A stretch of DNA of 62,548 nt, the filler included, from Dugesia japonica (Eukaryota), in assembly GCA_001938525.1 (NCBI GenBank). It is 6 parts of 6 records of this genome, joined end to end, with 100 filler letters (N's around TTAATTAATTAA, not from the genome) between each part and the next. Parts side by side here need not be neighbours in the genome. Positions count along the whole stretch, not along the records: positions 1 to 12,443 come from MQRL01618165.1; positions 12,544 to 20,951 come from MQRL01597222.1; 4 more parts are not named here. One strand, 5' to 3'. Shown here one piece after another: positions 1-12,943 of this stretch (position 1 is the stretch's first letter; every line of letters begins with the position of its first letter). The notes under the pieces are model-generated. The model saw only the letters and a list, made by a program, of their open reading frames with translations, ran no database searches and had not been told where the DNA came from. The position numbers and the translations under genes were made by a program.

Positions 1-967
1 TAATAATAATAATAATAATTATAATTTTAAAGTATTTTGGACTTGGTAATAATAATTTAATGTTTTCTTATGGTATCTGTCTATATTTGTATAAAGTGTG
101 CCTATTCATCAATGTATACCTATTGAAATTTGTATGAAATTAATATAATTGATAAAGTACTTTATACCATTAGTATGATTTATTGTACTTAATGTATATT
201 TTATTGGTAATAGTCAATAGTGTATGCCGTATTCAAACTAGTGTATTACTTCTTGACTTTAAGCACTTTGTTATGAAATTATGAAAATCAGTCTATTTAT
301 AGGAAATTTGATTAGTTTGAAGAAAGTATCGTATAATTATGAAAATTTTCTGTATGAAGAATATGTATATTAGGTTAATAAGTAATGTAATTGTTGTATG
401 ATCCAGTGCGCTAGTATCCATCTACTATTCTTAATATTGATAATTTTACTAATATAGCAAAACAATTTAGGCTGATTATTTGNATTCGATTTTTTATGGT
501 TATTGTTACAACCATGTTGCATAATAATATAAAGATAACTGAAGAAATTTAAAAACTGTGTATTTAAACAAATTTTCATTTAAAACATACCATAGTTATT
601 TGTGATTTATTTTTAAATTGCATTGCATAGAAAAACTACTCATAAAAATGTTCTCATAATTATCTTGCCACTGATTATGGTTGTATACATTCCAAAAAAA
701 GACAAGATAAAAAAGGCAATAACTGTAGCAATGAATTTCAGAAAAATATTTATTATTCATAATCACTAAAGTGCACAAAAAGATACATTTTGAAAATATT
801 AATTTGGAAAAAAACTTTTTATTTTAATAAAATCAACACATTTTACATGTTGAGAATCATTGTTTTATTATCAAATTTTTCTTTATTTATTTGTGAAAAT
901 AAATAAACAGTAATAGATAACTTAATCATAATTTCCAAATTGTTTATACATGTAATTTGTATTTCAG

Positions 968-1248
968 ACGATGTCTTATGGTATTGCATAATATTATAAC
1001 TTATTATTATTTACTATTTTTGTTTGTTATTGATGTAATACTTTATAGACCAGGACCCTTTATTCAAAAAAGGCATACTGCTAGATCTGTTCTATTGCAA
1101 AAACCATCAGTATTTGTAAGAGTCAATGTGACACAATATAATTCATCAATCATAAATCCAATGATAATATTTCATATTTCTTATTGCGGTAGACTGGGTA
1201 TACTTGGCAACCTGACAATATCAGACCAAGTGATCTTCCCTCAATATG
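968..1248 (+). CDS. Possible short exons of an unidentified host gene (968-980, 1049-1115, 1193-1248)
   Basis: GC-richer blocks bounded by TTTCAG/TTATAG/CGGTAG acceptors and GTATTG/GTAAGA/GTAAGT donors. One joined frame is open (TMSYDQDPLFKKGILLDLFYCKNHQYLLGILGNLTISDQVIFPQY). Product not recognised. Confidence 0.3.
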
Positions 1249-2942
1249 GTAAGTCATTTTTATTTTTGACTGAATATGAATTATAAAATTTATATCATAG
1301 CATTAAAATAATTGTCTGATGTTTCAACTGATATTTGAAGGTACCGATTAATAATTAAAAATTGAACAATTCGTATGCAGTCAATCTTTCATTAATTATC
1401 AATACCAAATAGAATTTGAATACTATGTAAATTAAATATTAATAAATATATTTTTAATCTTTCTATTTCCTAACAATATCGATTTCAAATAAAAAAAAAN
1501 NNNNNNNNNNNNNNNNNNNNNNNNNNNNNNNNNNNNNNNNNNNNNNNNNNNNNNNNNNNNNNNNNNNNNNNNNNNNNNNNNNNNNNNNNNNNNNNNNNNN
1601 NNNNNNNNNNNNNNNNNNNNNNNNNNNNNNNNNNNNNNNNNNNNNNNNNNNNNNNNNNNNNNNNNNNTAGGATTTAATTTTTTTATTTCAAAACTATTTG
1701 CATTTTATTGAAATTTTTTTGGATAAATTTAAATTAATTTAAATTAAATTTATTCAAGTTAATTTTAATTATTATAATTAATTATTTTTTAATTTGATAA
1801 ATAATATCTTGAATAATTAATTTACTAAATAAATCTTTAACTGAAATAAACTTTTAAATAAAAAATAAATTTTTGTATATTTTTCACAAAAATTATTTAT
1901 ACAACGAAGTTTTCTGAAGAATATCTTCGTTAGCGTTCAAGATAAATTAATTTCAAATTGAAATGTAAATAATATAAATGATAATCTATACTTGAAAGCA
2001 GTTTTTTTTGGAGAAATAAATCATAGAAAAAAAAATTATNATTTTCTAAAAACAATTATTTTGCAACANCAATGTTAATTCAGTATGTTTATTTTTCTGA
2101 AAATACCAATCAATAATATTCTACAAAGTTTTTACAGAAACTTTAGAAATTATTTTATGAAATCTATGGGTTACGCTTTGATGATCAAATCTCATAATGG
2201 AAACATTAATGTTAAAATTAGTCTTTTAAATCATTATTGAATGCTGTTAATTAATTTGAATTTATTATTCAAATAATTTGCACATTAAATTGTATTATAA
2301 AACAATTTCACTCACAGTTAGATATTTTTTGCTGGAAATGATAGTTAATTTGTCAATGCCGGAAGTAGTAAATGTTCACTTTGGACATTGCATTTTACTT
2401 CCTGTCTATTAAATTGAGGAAACATGTTTTTTATGTTTTATTTATTGTATTATAAACTTTTATTTATACCTTTACATTTCCACTCGCTTAAGTATTATTT
2501 GATCAAAGAATCAACATTATTTTGTTTAATACAGTTGAAGCAGAAATTCATTTAATCTATATATTTACTAGTAAATGTATACATTCGTTAAAACATTCAG
2601 TAAATGTATTTAAGATCAATGGAATGATCACCTTTATTAGTAAATATATACATTTTTATAGGTGTCAATTTTATTCCATTACAGTACTATTCTATAACTA
2701 TTTTCACGAATATTAATTAATCATAATAATTTGTATTATTCTAATTGTTATAAATAATTGGTATGCCGTTACTTAAAGTGTGTAAATATTACTCCGACTT
2801 CTATAAAGATGTTGTTAAAATTGTACTTGCATATTATTAGTATTTATAAAATCAAACATTATGTAATAAATATTAACACGTTACATTTGTTTAAGTCTTT
2901 GCTGTGTAAATCTTTATTGATTAAATTATTTATGAATTCAAA

Positions 2943-3775
2943 ATGTGTGCATATATTCTAAAAAGGCAATATTTGTGGGATGTCATGCTTCCATACTATA
3001 TTACCAAGAAAACGGCAGTAGGAACGTATCGCTTGCTTGTAGAAATTTATGGTGAGCATACTCCTTCAACCACTAAATGTAAGGATTGGTTATGCCGATT
3101 TAGAAAAGAGGAATACAATACCAAAGACAAAGAGCATGGAAAACTAACAAACACAATCTAAACTGGCTGTCGCATTGAATGTGATTCAAAAATCTATGTC
3201 TTATCTTTAACAAGATATGAAAATGATTCGAAAATTAAGAAATTGCGTCTTACATAAATTGAGAAAAAAACATTGAACAACGAGAAAAGATTTGTAATTT
3301 CCTTCTTCAGAGACAGAAAACAAAACGTTTTTTACATCAAATTGTTATATGAGACAAAAAATGATATTTTTATAAAAAACCATTGGAAACCATAACTGAT
3401 GAATCGTATTATGATGAATTAACTGGTTTGAAGCAACCATAAAAAGACCAGAATGTGAGAATAGACGTGCAAAGATAATTTTGCAACATAATAATGCTTG
3501 ATCGAATGTTTATTCAGTTGTTAAGAATTACTTATTAAAAGTGAATTGGACGTCTTAAATTATCCGTCGACTTTACTAGATATAGGATTATCATTTGTTT
3601 CGCTTAACTCAACCAGCGCTGTCCGGAGAGTGGTTCAGTTCCAGGGAAAACCTTCAAAATTGGTTTGATAGTCGGATAACTTCAAAAAAGAGACAAAAAT
3701 CGTCTTTTGCGGAATTTATTCGTTGCCTGAAAGATGAGCATAGATGGTAGTTTTAAATGAAATTCATTTTAAATA
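2943..3775 (+). mobile_element. Decayed mariner (Mos1-like, DD34D) transposase
   Basis: KKTAVGTYRLLVEIYGEHTPSTTKCKDWLCRFRKEEYNTKDKEHGK resembles the Mos1 N-terminal HTH. Downstream frameshifted pieces include KRPECENRRAKIILQHNNA, YHLFRL, LQNWFDS and GIYSLPER. Confidence 0.85.
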
Positions 3776-3894
3776 AATGTTTTAAATAATACTTCTAAAA
3801 GTGACTTGGTTTTTTACTCAAAAAATCTGCAGTTCTACTTGTAGACTCAACATATGAATAGATTTGTAATTGTTATTTAATATTGTTTCTATTA

Positions 3895-4447
3895 TATTTA
3901 CTATTCTATTTACTGCTTCGATCAAATTAAATTGTTGATATATATGCGTTAAAATTTTTGACCATTGTTTTCTTCAGGAATTTGATGACTTTTTGATAGA
4001 TTTAAACGATAAAATAATTGTTGGTATTTTATTAAAATTTAAATTAAATTGAAAATTTTAAATGCTTTATTATTAAATGGTATTATAAAATTTTTAAATA
4101 TTTCGGAAATTCATAAAAGTTTATTTTAATTATAATAATCATAAACCACATTAATTTTATTCAATTAAAAAATAAAATTTTTTCATTATTAAATATTATA
4201 TTTTTTTTTATTATTTTTTATACAATTTTGAAAAACTTTTAATTTCAATATTATTTTAATTTAATTTCAATTTGATTAAAAGGATCCAATAAAACTTTAA
4301 TAAAATACGTACAATTATGTAAACATTTTCTAATAACATTTAAATCTATCCAAAAGTTATCATATTTCCGAAGAAGAGAATAGTCGAAAATGTAAATATC
4401 TATAAAATAACAATGTAATTTGATCAAAGCCATTATTTCAATGAAAC
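3895..4447. repeat. Diverged copy of the dispersed inverted-arm (HINE-like) repeat
   Basis: GCTTCGATCAAATTAAATTG...CTTCAGGAATTTGATGACTTTTTGATA (about 3915-3998) is an imperfect reverse complement of about 4347-4432, and both match 27550-27632. Confidence 0.6.
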
Positions 4448-4536
4448 CTAACCTTATTTATTTTATGATCTCTAATTCTAAGGAAATATCCAAATACCAA
4501 GAAAGAAGGAGTTATTGTAAAAAATAAATAACATAA

Positions 4537-5505
4537 GTGAAAAAAATCTCAGAAATTGATGAAAGTAAAGATGATTTAAATGATTCTTTGGAAAGTAAGC
4601 ACCAATTCGATAGCCATTATAAAAATTTCTTGTTAAGCATTAATGAAGAGAAAGATAATTTGAATGCAAGTAGAAGACGAAAGAAAATGAGGTTGTTGAC
4701 GCATTCTGAAGACGAAAGTGAAGAAAGCAAGGACCAGCAAAATATTGAAATTGCAAAAGTTTTGAAAAGGATTAAAACAAGTTTCTTAAAAAAAATAAAT
4801 AATTGATAATAATAAAAACAGAAGAATTAATCAAAGAAGTATCTGGTCAAACTGGATAAAACAAACATTATTACATGCCAAGATGTTTTATTATACTTAG
4901 AAAAACTTGCAGTGGAATATAAAATACGTCTAGAAATCACAAGTAAAACGCCATCCTTTCAAAGTAAACAAAACAGTGCTAAATAAAGTATTCCTCAGGT
5001 CATAGAGCAACGGAAACCTTTTTACCGTATGAAAAGTGCTTAGAAGAGCAACCATTGATTTGTAAAAACTATGGTATTGATTAAGTAAAGAATTCTTTTG
5101 ATATTCTGTTTTTACTATTACTGTTTTTATGTAAGAAACATTGAACTTGTATACATGAAACTGAAAGTTTGTTAATTAAATAATATTACATTGTTGAATT
5201 ATTTTTAAAATAAGAAATATGGAAGGTAATATTTTGTATTTATTGTTCCTGTTGAGATAAAACATGATTGGTTACATTTACTTATTTTTATATTTTGTAT
5301 ATTGATGAATTAACCAGCATTTACAGCCTTATTAAATAATCTATAATAAATACGCATCAATGTATCAATAAACATATTTCTAAAATTATCTAAATTTAAC
5401 TGATAATTTGAAATCCCGATATTTTTGAAAATTATTTGCATTCCAACGTAAGGGTGTCAAAATACACCTTTTTGTCGAAATAGGTATACACAAAATAGTG
5501 TTAAA
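4537..5505 (+). mobile_element. Possible piggyBac-like relic
   Basis: Acidic/basic N-terminal-type ORF (SRRRKKMRLLTHSEDESEES) and a terminal-like segment GGGTGTCAAAATACACC...TAGGTATAC...GTGTTAA. No catalytic core seen. Confidence 0.25.
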
Positions 5506-5575
5506 CAATTTCTCATTTAAAAATACACAATGCGCTTTAAAATGATATATCAAAACAAACAATAATATTATTCAT

Positions 5576-5695
5576 TTCATTTAATATAAAAGCTTTGAAT
5601 AAAATTTTGATCAAAGCTTTTATATTAAATGAATTCTATAAAACGATCAATGGTTTTGTGCAACAATTATTCTCGCAATAATTGCAATTGTAAAA
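5576..5695 (+). repeat. Minimal copy of HINE-like repeat (23-bp inverted arms plus 3' hairpin)
   Basis: TTCATTTAATATAAAAGCTTTGA-12 nt-TCAAAGCTTTTATATTAAATGAA, followed by the hairpin CAATTATT-CTCGC-AATAATTG (5664-5684). Confidence 0.75.
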
Positions 5696-7199
5696 CAATA
5701 ATATTATTGGTTATAATGCTACATTGTTTTAAGTTTAAATTGTAAAAAACAGGAAAAAGTTTTGGATAATCAATTAATCAATCAAGATTTAGACAAACAA
5801 TCAGATTGTTTCTTATTAATATTTATTATTTTTTTATTGATAATTAACATTTTTATTTTAGCTATTACAGTATTTTAAAATTATTATGAAATGTAGCTTT
5901 TATTTATTGCTTGTAATGGACCCATCAAATTTTCAGTATTTGTAATCTTTGGAAAAAACTATTTAATATCTTTGAAATTTCAAAATAAGAACTTTTTGTC
6001 TAAAGAGAAACTTAAAAAATATCGTCAACAGAAGAATTAATTCAATTTCAATTTAAATAATTTAATATAATTTTTCATTATTTATAATTTCATTATAATT
6101 TCATATTCATAGCAAAACACAATATCAAGGATATTTCGTAAAAAATAAAAAAATGAACTTGTTTATTACATGATTCATCAGCAAGATTCATTTTATATAT
6201 TAACCAATCAAATTCTAATAATGTTATAATGAATATAATGTTGATAATTTTACTGATAAGTTACTGTAATTCTAATTTGTTTTCTAAAAAAAATAAACTC
6301 ATTTTGATAATAATGACTATAATATTACTACTAATATTNNNNNNNNNNNNNNNNNNNNNNNNNNNNNNNNNNNNNNNNNNNNNNNNNNNNNNNNNNNNNN
6401 NNNNNNNNNNNNNNNNNNNNNNNNNNNNNNNNNNNNNNNNNNNNNNNNNNNNNNNNNNNNNNNNNNNNNNNNNNNNNNNNNNNNNNNNNNNNNNNNNNNN
6501 NNNNNNNNNNNNNNNNNNNNNNNNNNNNNNNNNNNNNNNNNNNNNNNNNNNNNNNNNNNNNNNNNNNNNNNNNNNNTACTACTAAACATTAAAAATTGAA
6601 AAGGAATTAGTTAAAAAACAAAATAAGAAGATTCAATAAAATGAAATAAATTATTTTCACAAATACTAAACTAAATTATTATGTAAAAGATATATAAAAT
6701 ATGGCTGAAATGAGTTGATCTTAATTAGAAACAAATTTGGATTGCAAAAACGTATTCATATACAGAGTCCATCATATGCTATTCATTATTGATTTTGCCG
6801 ACGTCTATAGTGACAGAACAGGTTAGACAACTAGAAATAAAATTTTCTCTAACTACCATCAGTCATTGGTGTTTTTAAAATAGTTCAGAATAAGATGGAT
6901 AATTAATTACAAGACATTATGTGATGCATTTATCACTAGAAAAATTAACTCTAAAAATTTTCGATAATATTTTATTCTTCATTTAAAATGCCAATCTTTT
7001 TTAATTAATTATAAAAAGTTTGTAAGAAAACCTTATTAGTCTAATGTTAAATTTCCTGAATTACACAAAAGGTATTTATATCAGTAATTATAATTTAAAT
7101 TAAAATTGAAATTTTCTTATTTTACAGAAATTCTTTTGATTAAATAATTTACTTTATTAATTTAACTTTTAAATTAACTAAACAAATGAATTGATTTAA

Positions 7200-7956
7200 T
7201 TGTGGCACAAGATGTATAACACCATCCTGTTGAAACCACATTTTATCCAGACCAAAGTCTTTAACTTCATGCCACAAAAATTATTAATCATATTCATGTA
7301 GCATTTTCCACTCAAAATAAGTGCATCGCCATTTTTATTTATGGATCAATTACACATCCGGATGATACACCAAAATGTTACTTTGTGTAAATATAAAGAT
7401 TAATCAAGAACTGCTTGCGGGTTTACTGTACTTCAAATCCAACATTTTTCCTTATTTACGAAGCCATTTTAACAAAAATTAGCTTCATCGCCAAATAGGA
7501 TTTTTTTGATGAAATAATGTATCTATTTCAAGTTGTTCTAAAGACCAAGCTGTAAAGTTTCTATGCAATATATAGTCACCAATTAAAGCTATTTAATTAA
7601 CTGAATCTTATACGCCATGAAATACAGATCTTAATAAATAATATTCCATGTTGTCCCATACAGAAATCCAAGTTATTAAGAACGGCGTGGATTCGAGTGT
7701 TATGAATTTTCATCCATTGTTTGTTCATAGCATCAATAATTTACGAAATACTTTACGGTTTTGATGTGTTGGATTCATTACATCACTAACGCTATCATTC
7801 AATTCAAATCCTTCAATTAAATTACAAATATTAAGCACTATAAGTTGGTCAGCCTTACCATGAATTTTACGTAATAAACAAAACGTCTCCCGAATTGAAT
7901 CAATATTTTTTATAATAAATCTTTCTGATTTTCAAACGCTGTGCAACTGTGTACAT
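7200..7956 (-). mobile_element. Decayed Tc1/mariner transposase, rosa/DD41D-like
   Basis: Minus strand reads MYTVAQRLKI, SIRETF, RRS, GTTWNI, AYKIQL, DEA, NGFVNKEN, IGP-like and WFQQDG, with many stops and frameshifts. Confidence 0.75.
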
Positions 7957-8041
7957 TTGCATTATAATTTCTCAAACCATGCATAACACAAATGTCAATT
8001 TTTGCGGGTTTCTGTAAACAAGAAGTAACAAATTAAAACAA

Positions 8042-8045
<4 letters not shown>

Positions 8046-8076
<31 letters not shown>

Positions 8077-8088
8077 TATATATATATT
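8046..8088. repeat. (TA)n microsatellite
   Basis: Direct reading. Confidence 0.95.
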
Positions 8089-8503
8089 AATCTTGTTACA
8101 TAACCTTTTATTATATTAAATATTTTTTCCTTTGCTAAAAACTTTTTTTTATTTTTAACTAAGTAGAATCTTATGTAATTTCAGAAATTAAAACCAAATT
8201 TCCAAAGTCAAATTGCAAAAGAAATTATAATATAGTTGATAAAAAGGCGAAATTATAATCAAATGACTTTGATAAATGAAAAATTAAACTTTAAATAAAA
8301 TAATTAATTGTTAAATATTTTATGAAATACTTTATTAAAGATTACAAATTTTGACAAGATCTGATCCAGAATTTGGCTATCTTCATGCCCTATTTTATGG
8401 AAATATGTGTATATTATTTTTTAACATGTAATATTGAAATATACATTAATTTTATTATCTTATAATAAATAATGGCAATATTTTGTTTTCACTATTGATT
8501 TTG

Positions 8504-8560
8504 ACGATTCTATACGATTCTATACGATTCTATACGATTTTATACGATTTTATACGATTC
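8504..8560 (+). repeat. 10-bp tandem repeat (TATACGATTY) x about 5.5
   Basis: acgattctat acgattctat acgattctat acgattttat acgattttat acgattc. Confidence 0.9.
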
Positions 8561-8984
8561 CATCATGCAAATCAATTTCATAATATTATAATATTTTCAT
8601 TATACTATTTCTTTTTAAATTTTTTTTAATTGAATGCTCAACAAAAAAAGAGATAATAAAATAGTTTCAATAAAGATAAAAATAATCTTTAGAGATCTAA
8701 ATTTTCGTTAATTATTATTATATTCTCCAAGTATTCTCTTTTTGATTCAGTCTTGCTATTACTAGAATTAAAAATGATTTTAGAATTTATTTTATCGAAT
8801 TTAAATTAGAATATTTATTTATTTATTTATTATAAATTATATTGATAAGTTAATCATTTTTATTAGTGTTTCTTCCTGTAAAGTATGAAAATTCGGTATA
8901 TTTCTATTTTATTCCATGTTATATGATGTTGTTTTGGTTAAATCTTAACAAACTAAATAAATTCAAATATTAAATTTATAACTC

Positions 8985-10000
8985 AGACCACCAGCCGCAA
9001 ACTTTAATGATATTATCTCATGTTTAGTCATGTGTGCAACACCTATCTCAGCTCGCGACTGAATCATTTAGCTGTCTTTCAACCTTGATAACAATAGATC
9101 GACGACTCGAGAGTGTGACTCAATGAATGTTGTATAGTTAACGTCTACTGATCTCCAACCAGTTGATGTTAAAACACTACGACATCTCTAAAAAACATCC
9201 CAATCGAGAGATTCCGGTGATTTTTAATACTAGTCAGATTCATGATATATGAGCAACCTTTGCTGTATAAATTATGTTGGAGTGTTTTATTTAGCGATCT
9301 TAATCTTCACTAGCTCTTGCAACGGTTTCTAGACATCTTATGTGTCTGGTTTTGCTGTATATTTTCTCCTACTCTCAATGACTTTTGGAGTGTGATTCTG
9401 CGTTGAAGTTAACTATTGTTGCAATATTGCTTTTGAGAATTTTAAATAAATTTCTTCTCTTTATTCTGTTGTCATTACATCATATAAAATGTTGCTTATG
9501 CTTCCATGGCCACCAAAAGTTTACAATTAATTCATTAATCATGGTCGACTAGGTCCGCAAATTCATTTTAGAGTTACATTCTCAATCACTACATTTATGG
9601 TTCTTCCCATAGTAATGTCTACTACTTTCAAACCCGATTAGCGACATTTAAGACAAAAGTATGAATTCTGTTAAGACAGTGTCAAAGATTCAATTGGTCT
9701 GTGTTTCTATAAAATTATATTACGAATATCAAGTTTTTTATTTACTCAAGTATCAAACATCATTATCTCCCATTAATTATTAAATTTACTGCACAAGATT
9801 TCAGAATCAGATAACCCTATTGAATTTATACATGTTTTTCAATGCTCAACAATATTACTATTTTCACTATTTCAACTATGCTCTTGTACTTTGGTGCAGA
9901 GATGATGGGAAGTCTCTCCAATCTACGTGGCATTGCATCCATTACATTTAAATCGATATACCAGATCAGAACACAGGTCTAAAAGGGTTATAGATTTATT
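8985..10000 (-). mobile_element. Heavily decayed retroelement, possibly Penelope-like (RT C-terminus plus GIY-YIG)
   Basis: GC-richer block. Minus-strand fragments occur in the expected order: LLDLC, FYRNT (cf. VYRKxT), RCLET, VAH, DWD, IES, LND. All are short and frameshifted. Confidence 0.3.
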
Positions 10001-10706
10001 ATTGAACATATTTATAACCTTATGAGATTGTGATACTACTTCTATATTTATTAATTTTATAATAATTTATTTACTAAGGATTTAATAATTATTGAGAGAA
10101 AGAGTAATGTTTGAAGCTTTAGGTAATTTTCAAAAATTGTAAATATTTTTAAAATTTAATGCAATATTTATTAGTTAAAATTTTTAAATGTAAATATTTA
10201 GTGAAAATTTTAATAATTAGATTTTATCGCTTTATTTTATAAATTATTTTAAATTCGAAATTTTAGATTTAAAAAATATATTTTTAATAAATATAATAAA
10301 TTTGTTTAAATTTATTATTATTTAAAAATATAAATTGGGAAAGGCAAGTTTTGAAAGAAGCGTTCAAAAACCAAGAAGAATTTCAAAGAAGAATTTTTTG
10401 TATTTTAAATAAAGTTTTGAATCAAAAGTCTTATTTTAGTTCATTGAAATAAAGAAAACAAATAAAACTAACCGTTGATATGGGAATTAAATCCTCAAAT
10501 TAATGCTCAATTGAAGGATTGAACTACGCTCTTAAAATTATTTTATTGATTATTTATCGAGACTGCATAATTGAAATTATATAATCATTTAAACGTTTTA
10601 AATAGTTTGTTTTAATAATCAAATATTTTGAAAAACAAATCTCGTAATATTTTTAAAATTTATTTTCAATTGCAAAGATCAAATCGATGTTTTTCTATTT
10701 TCATAG

Positions 10707-10813
10707 ATGGTTCGATATTTCGGCTATGCCTTCTTCAAGAACTATTGCTAATCATTAATTTAATAATCATTATTTTCCTGACGATGTCAGTTATCCCGTC
10801 GAAATTAATTGCA
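10707..10813 (+). CDS. Possible hydrophobic exon of an unidentified gene
   Basis: TTTTCATAG acceptor, open frame (D)GSIFRLCLLQELLLIINLIIIIFLTMSVIPSKLIA, GTACAT donor. Phase is compatible with the exon ending at 1248. Confidence 0.25.
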
Positions 10814-11114
10814 GTACATAAATATTTTATTAAATGGCATTCTTTTATTTTTAATAAATTATTTATTAAGTAGCGAGATATTAGATTAACATTAAAACTA
10901 TTTTTATTTTTTATATTATATTAAATCAATATAAAATAGTGAAATATAGTAAAAAGAAAATTCCAAGAAAAAAATAATATCTTAAAATTTCTTTTTTAAA
11001 TTTTCTCTAATATTTATCGTCAATAAAAATTCTGCAGTTTAGCTAGTTTATCCTGAAAAGCTTAATTATCAAAAATTAAAATAAATATATCTATTTTATA
11101 CTATTTAGTTTCAT

Positions 11115-11657
11115 CTGGGCCGTCTTTATTTCTTCGTAAAACAAAACTGTCAAAAAACTAATTTCAATTAAAATTTCTTATTAAAAGTTTTTATTTTTAC
11201 AAAAGATAAATTTAATTTAATTTAATTTTTTCAGTTGCTCCAGAAAAATTATAATCATATTTATCAATTAATAAACTTCTCAAAGTCATAATTTTTTTAA
11301 TGAAAATAGTCCTTCTCAATTCAGATAAAGTTTCAGAAGTAACTTCAAATTTTGTCATAGAAATTTAGCTGAAAATTCTCTAAAACGTGGTTCCAAAAGT
11401 TTAGTTTATATAGGCAGAAATTTATTTCAAAATTTCTTCAAAAATTCTAAGGTTTCTGCTTGTGAAATCATAATGTTTTGAAGAAATGTTTTGTATATAA
11501 ATATCTAATAACTTATTCAATAAAACCTCTTTTTCTATTAAGCATTTGAAGATAATTGAGTTTTCGAATGGAGTTTTTTAAATATATTGTAGGCCCTGAA
11601 ACTTTTCTTAGACCCCATGATGATGGCCTACTTTGTCATTTGACAAAAACGGCACTG
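11115..11657 (-). mobile_element. Possible internally deleted hAT element
   Basis: Ends GGGCCGTCTTT / AAAACGGCACTG are imperfect inverted repeats. Minus-strand remnants RIFS, MTK and YDFEKFIN resemble the hAT dimerisation domain. Confidence 0.3.
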
Positions 11658-12443
11658 AGTTTCATTAGAAAATCAATATAATAGAGATTGTTATTTTCAT
11701 AGACTGAAACTTAAAATTTATATAACAGAAATATAACAGAGATATTGAAAGCTAAAATAAATTTATTATAATTAGAAAATAGTTATTAATAAACGATAAT
11801 TTTCACATTTTATGAACGGAAAAATCACTAAATAAAATACAAAGCAAAATAATTGATATAATAATGTTATTTAATTAAAAAATTAATTAATTTGTGGGTC
11901 TATTGAACAATTTTCTATCATTTCTTTGCTATATTTTCCAATAGTAATTGATTTAAGAAACTTGTTATTTCATTTCTTATCATTTTCCCGTCGTTTCTAT
12001 TGGAGAATATTATTAAATTTCCTATATATGACAGCCGAAATTATTTAATAACTTTTTGAAATATACATATTAGCAAACCAAAAATTCCAGCCGAAAATAT
12101 CTGTACACAATCTTAACATTATTTGCCAATTAGTTTTTCGTAATTCATTTTTCTGGTGTTGTAATTATATTATATTTATAATTTATAAATTTCTCTCTTT
12201 CACAATAGAAAATTTTTAATAAGAATAATAATTTTTTTAAAAATGTTTACAAAATGAAGTAAGTCGATAATATTAATGAATATTATCAGGAAAAGCCTTT
12301 TGCACGCAAATGAACATTAATTTTTATCATCTAAATTTTTTAAATAAATTTTCTTATGTTTCTAATTAATTTGATTAACAATTTTTTTCTAATATAAATT
12401 GTGTTTGTCAAAAGTTGTTTTAACAATAAATATTTGTAAAAAA

Positions 12444-12543
12444 NNNNNNNNNNNNNNNNNNNNNNNNNNNNNNNNNNNNNNNNNNNNTTAATTAATTAAN
12501 NNNNNNNNNNNNNNNNNNNNNNNNNNNNNNNNNNNNNNNNNNN
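12444..12543. other. Artificial scaffold linker N44-TTAATTAATTAA-N44
   Basis: Palindromic 12-mer with stops in all six frames in a 100-nt block. Identical blocks at 20952-21051, 30448-30547, 41314-41413 and 52899-52998. Confidence 0.97.
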
Positions 12544-12696
12544 ATATTCACCAAGTAAAACGGTTCAAGGGAGAGATTCGACAAACTAGTTACAAATCTG
12601 AATCTATCATCAGTGTAGTTAGAGAAAAATAAAAATAAAGACAGGTGTTACCCAATTCGAGAACGAAAAGTAAATCCTAAATACCATCAATAAATC

Positions 12697-12943
12697 TGAG
12701 AGGGGGATGTAGAAATAGATGTGGTTTAGTCGCATTAATTGTAATCGGCAGTTTTTTAAAATATATTTGGTTTTGTATAGCTACTTCTTTTTAGTTATAA
12801 AACAACATTAAGAATTTCACAATTATCCATCGTTTTTTATTAAATATAAATGTTTTTTAAAGCTGAAAAGATGCAAGAATAATCCATCATATTTAATGTT
12901 AAATTTATATTAAAAAATATCGATTTTTCAAAAAGAATACACA
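12697..12943 (+). mobile_element. Polypurine tract and start of a gypsy-type 3' LTR (family X), interrupted by the 3.27-kb element and resuming at 16215-about 16330
   Basis: GAGAGGGGGA followed by TGTAG at 12708. The sequence on both sides of the insertion aligns contiguously with the reverse complement of 46440-46690. Confidence 0.7.

Noticed and set aside
6229-6589. ORFs running through N gaps (also 16431, 22281, 32373, 33978, 39683)
   Set aside because: Their length is an artefact of Ns translated as X.
12488-12499. Recurrent TTAATTAATTAA palindrome as a biological repeat, CRISPR-like unit or piggyBac site
   Set aside because: It is always centred in exactly 44+44 Ns; a synthetic six-frame-stop linker.
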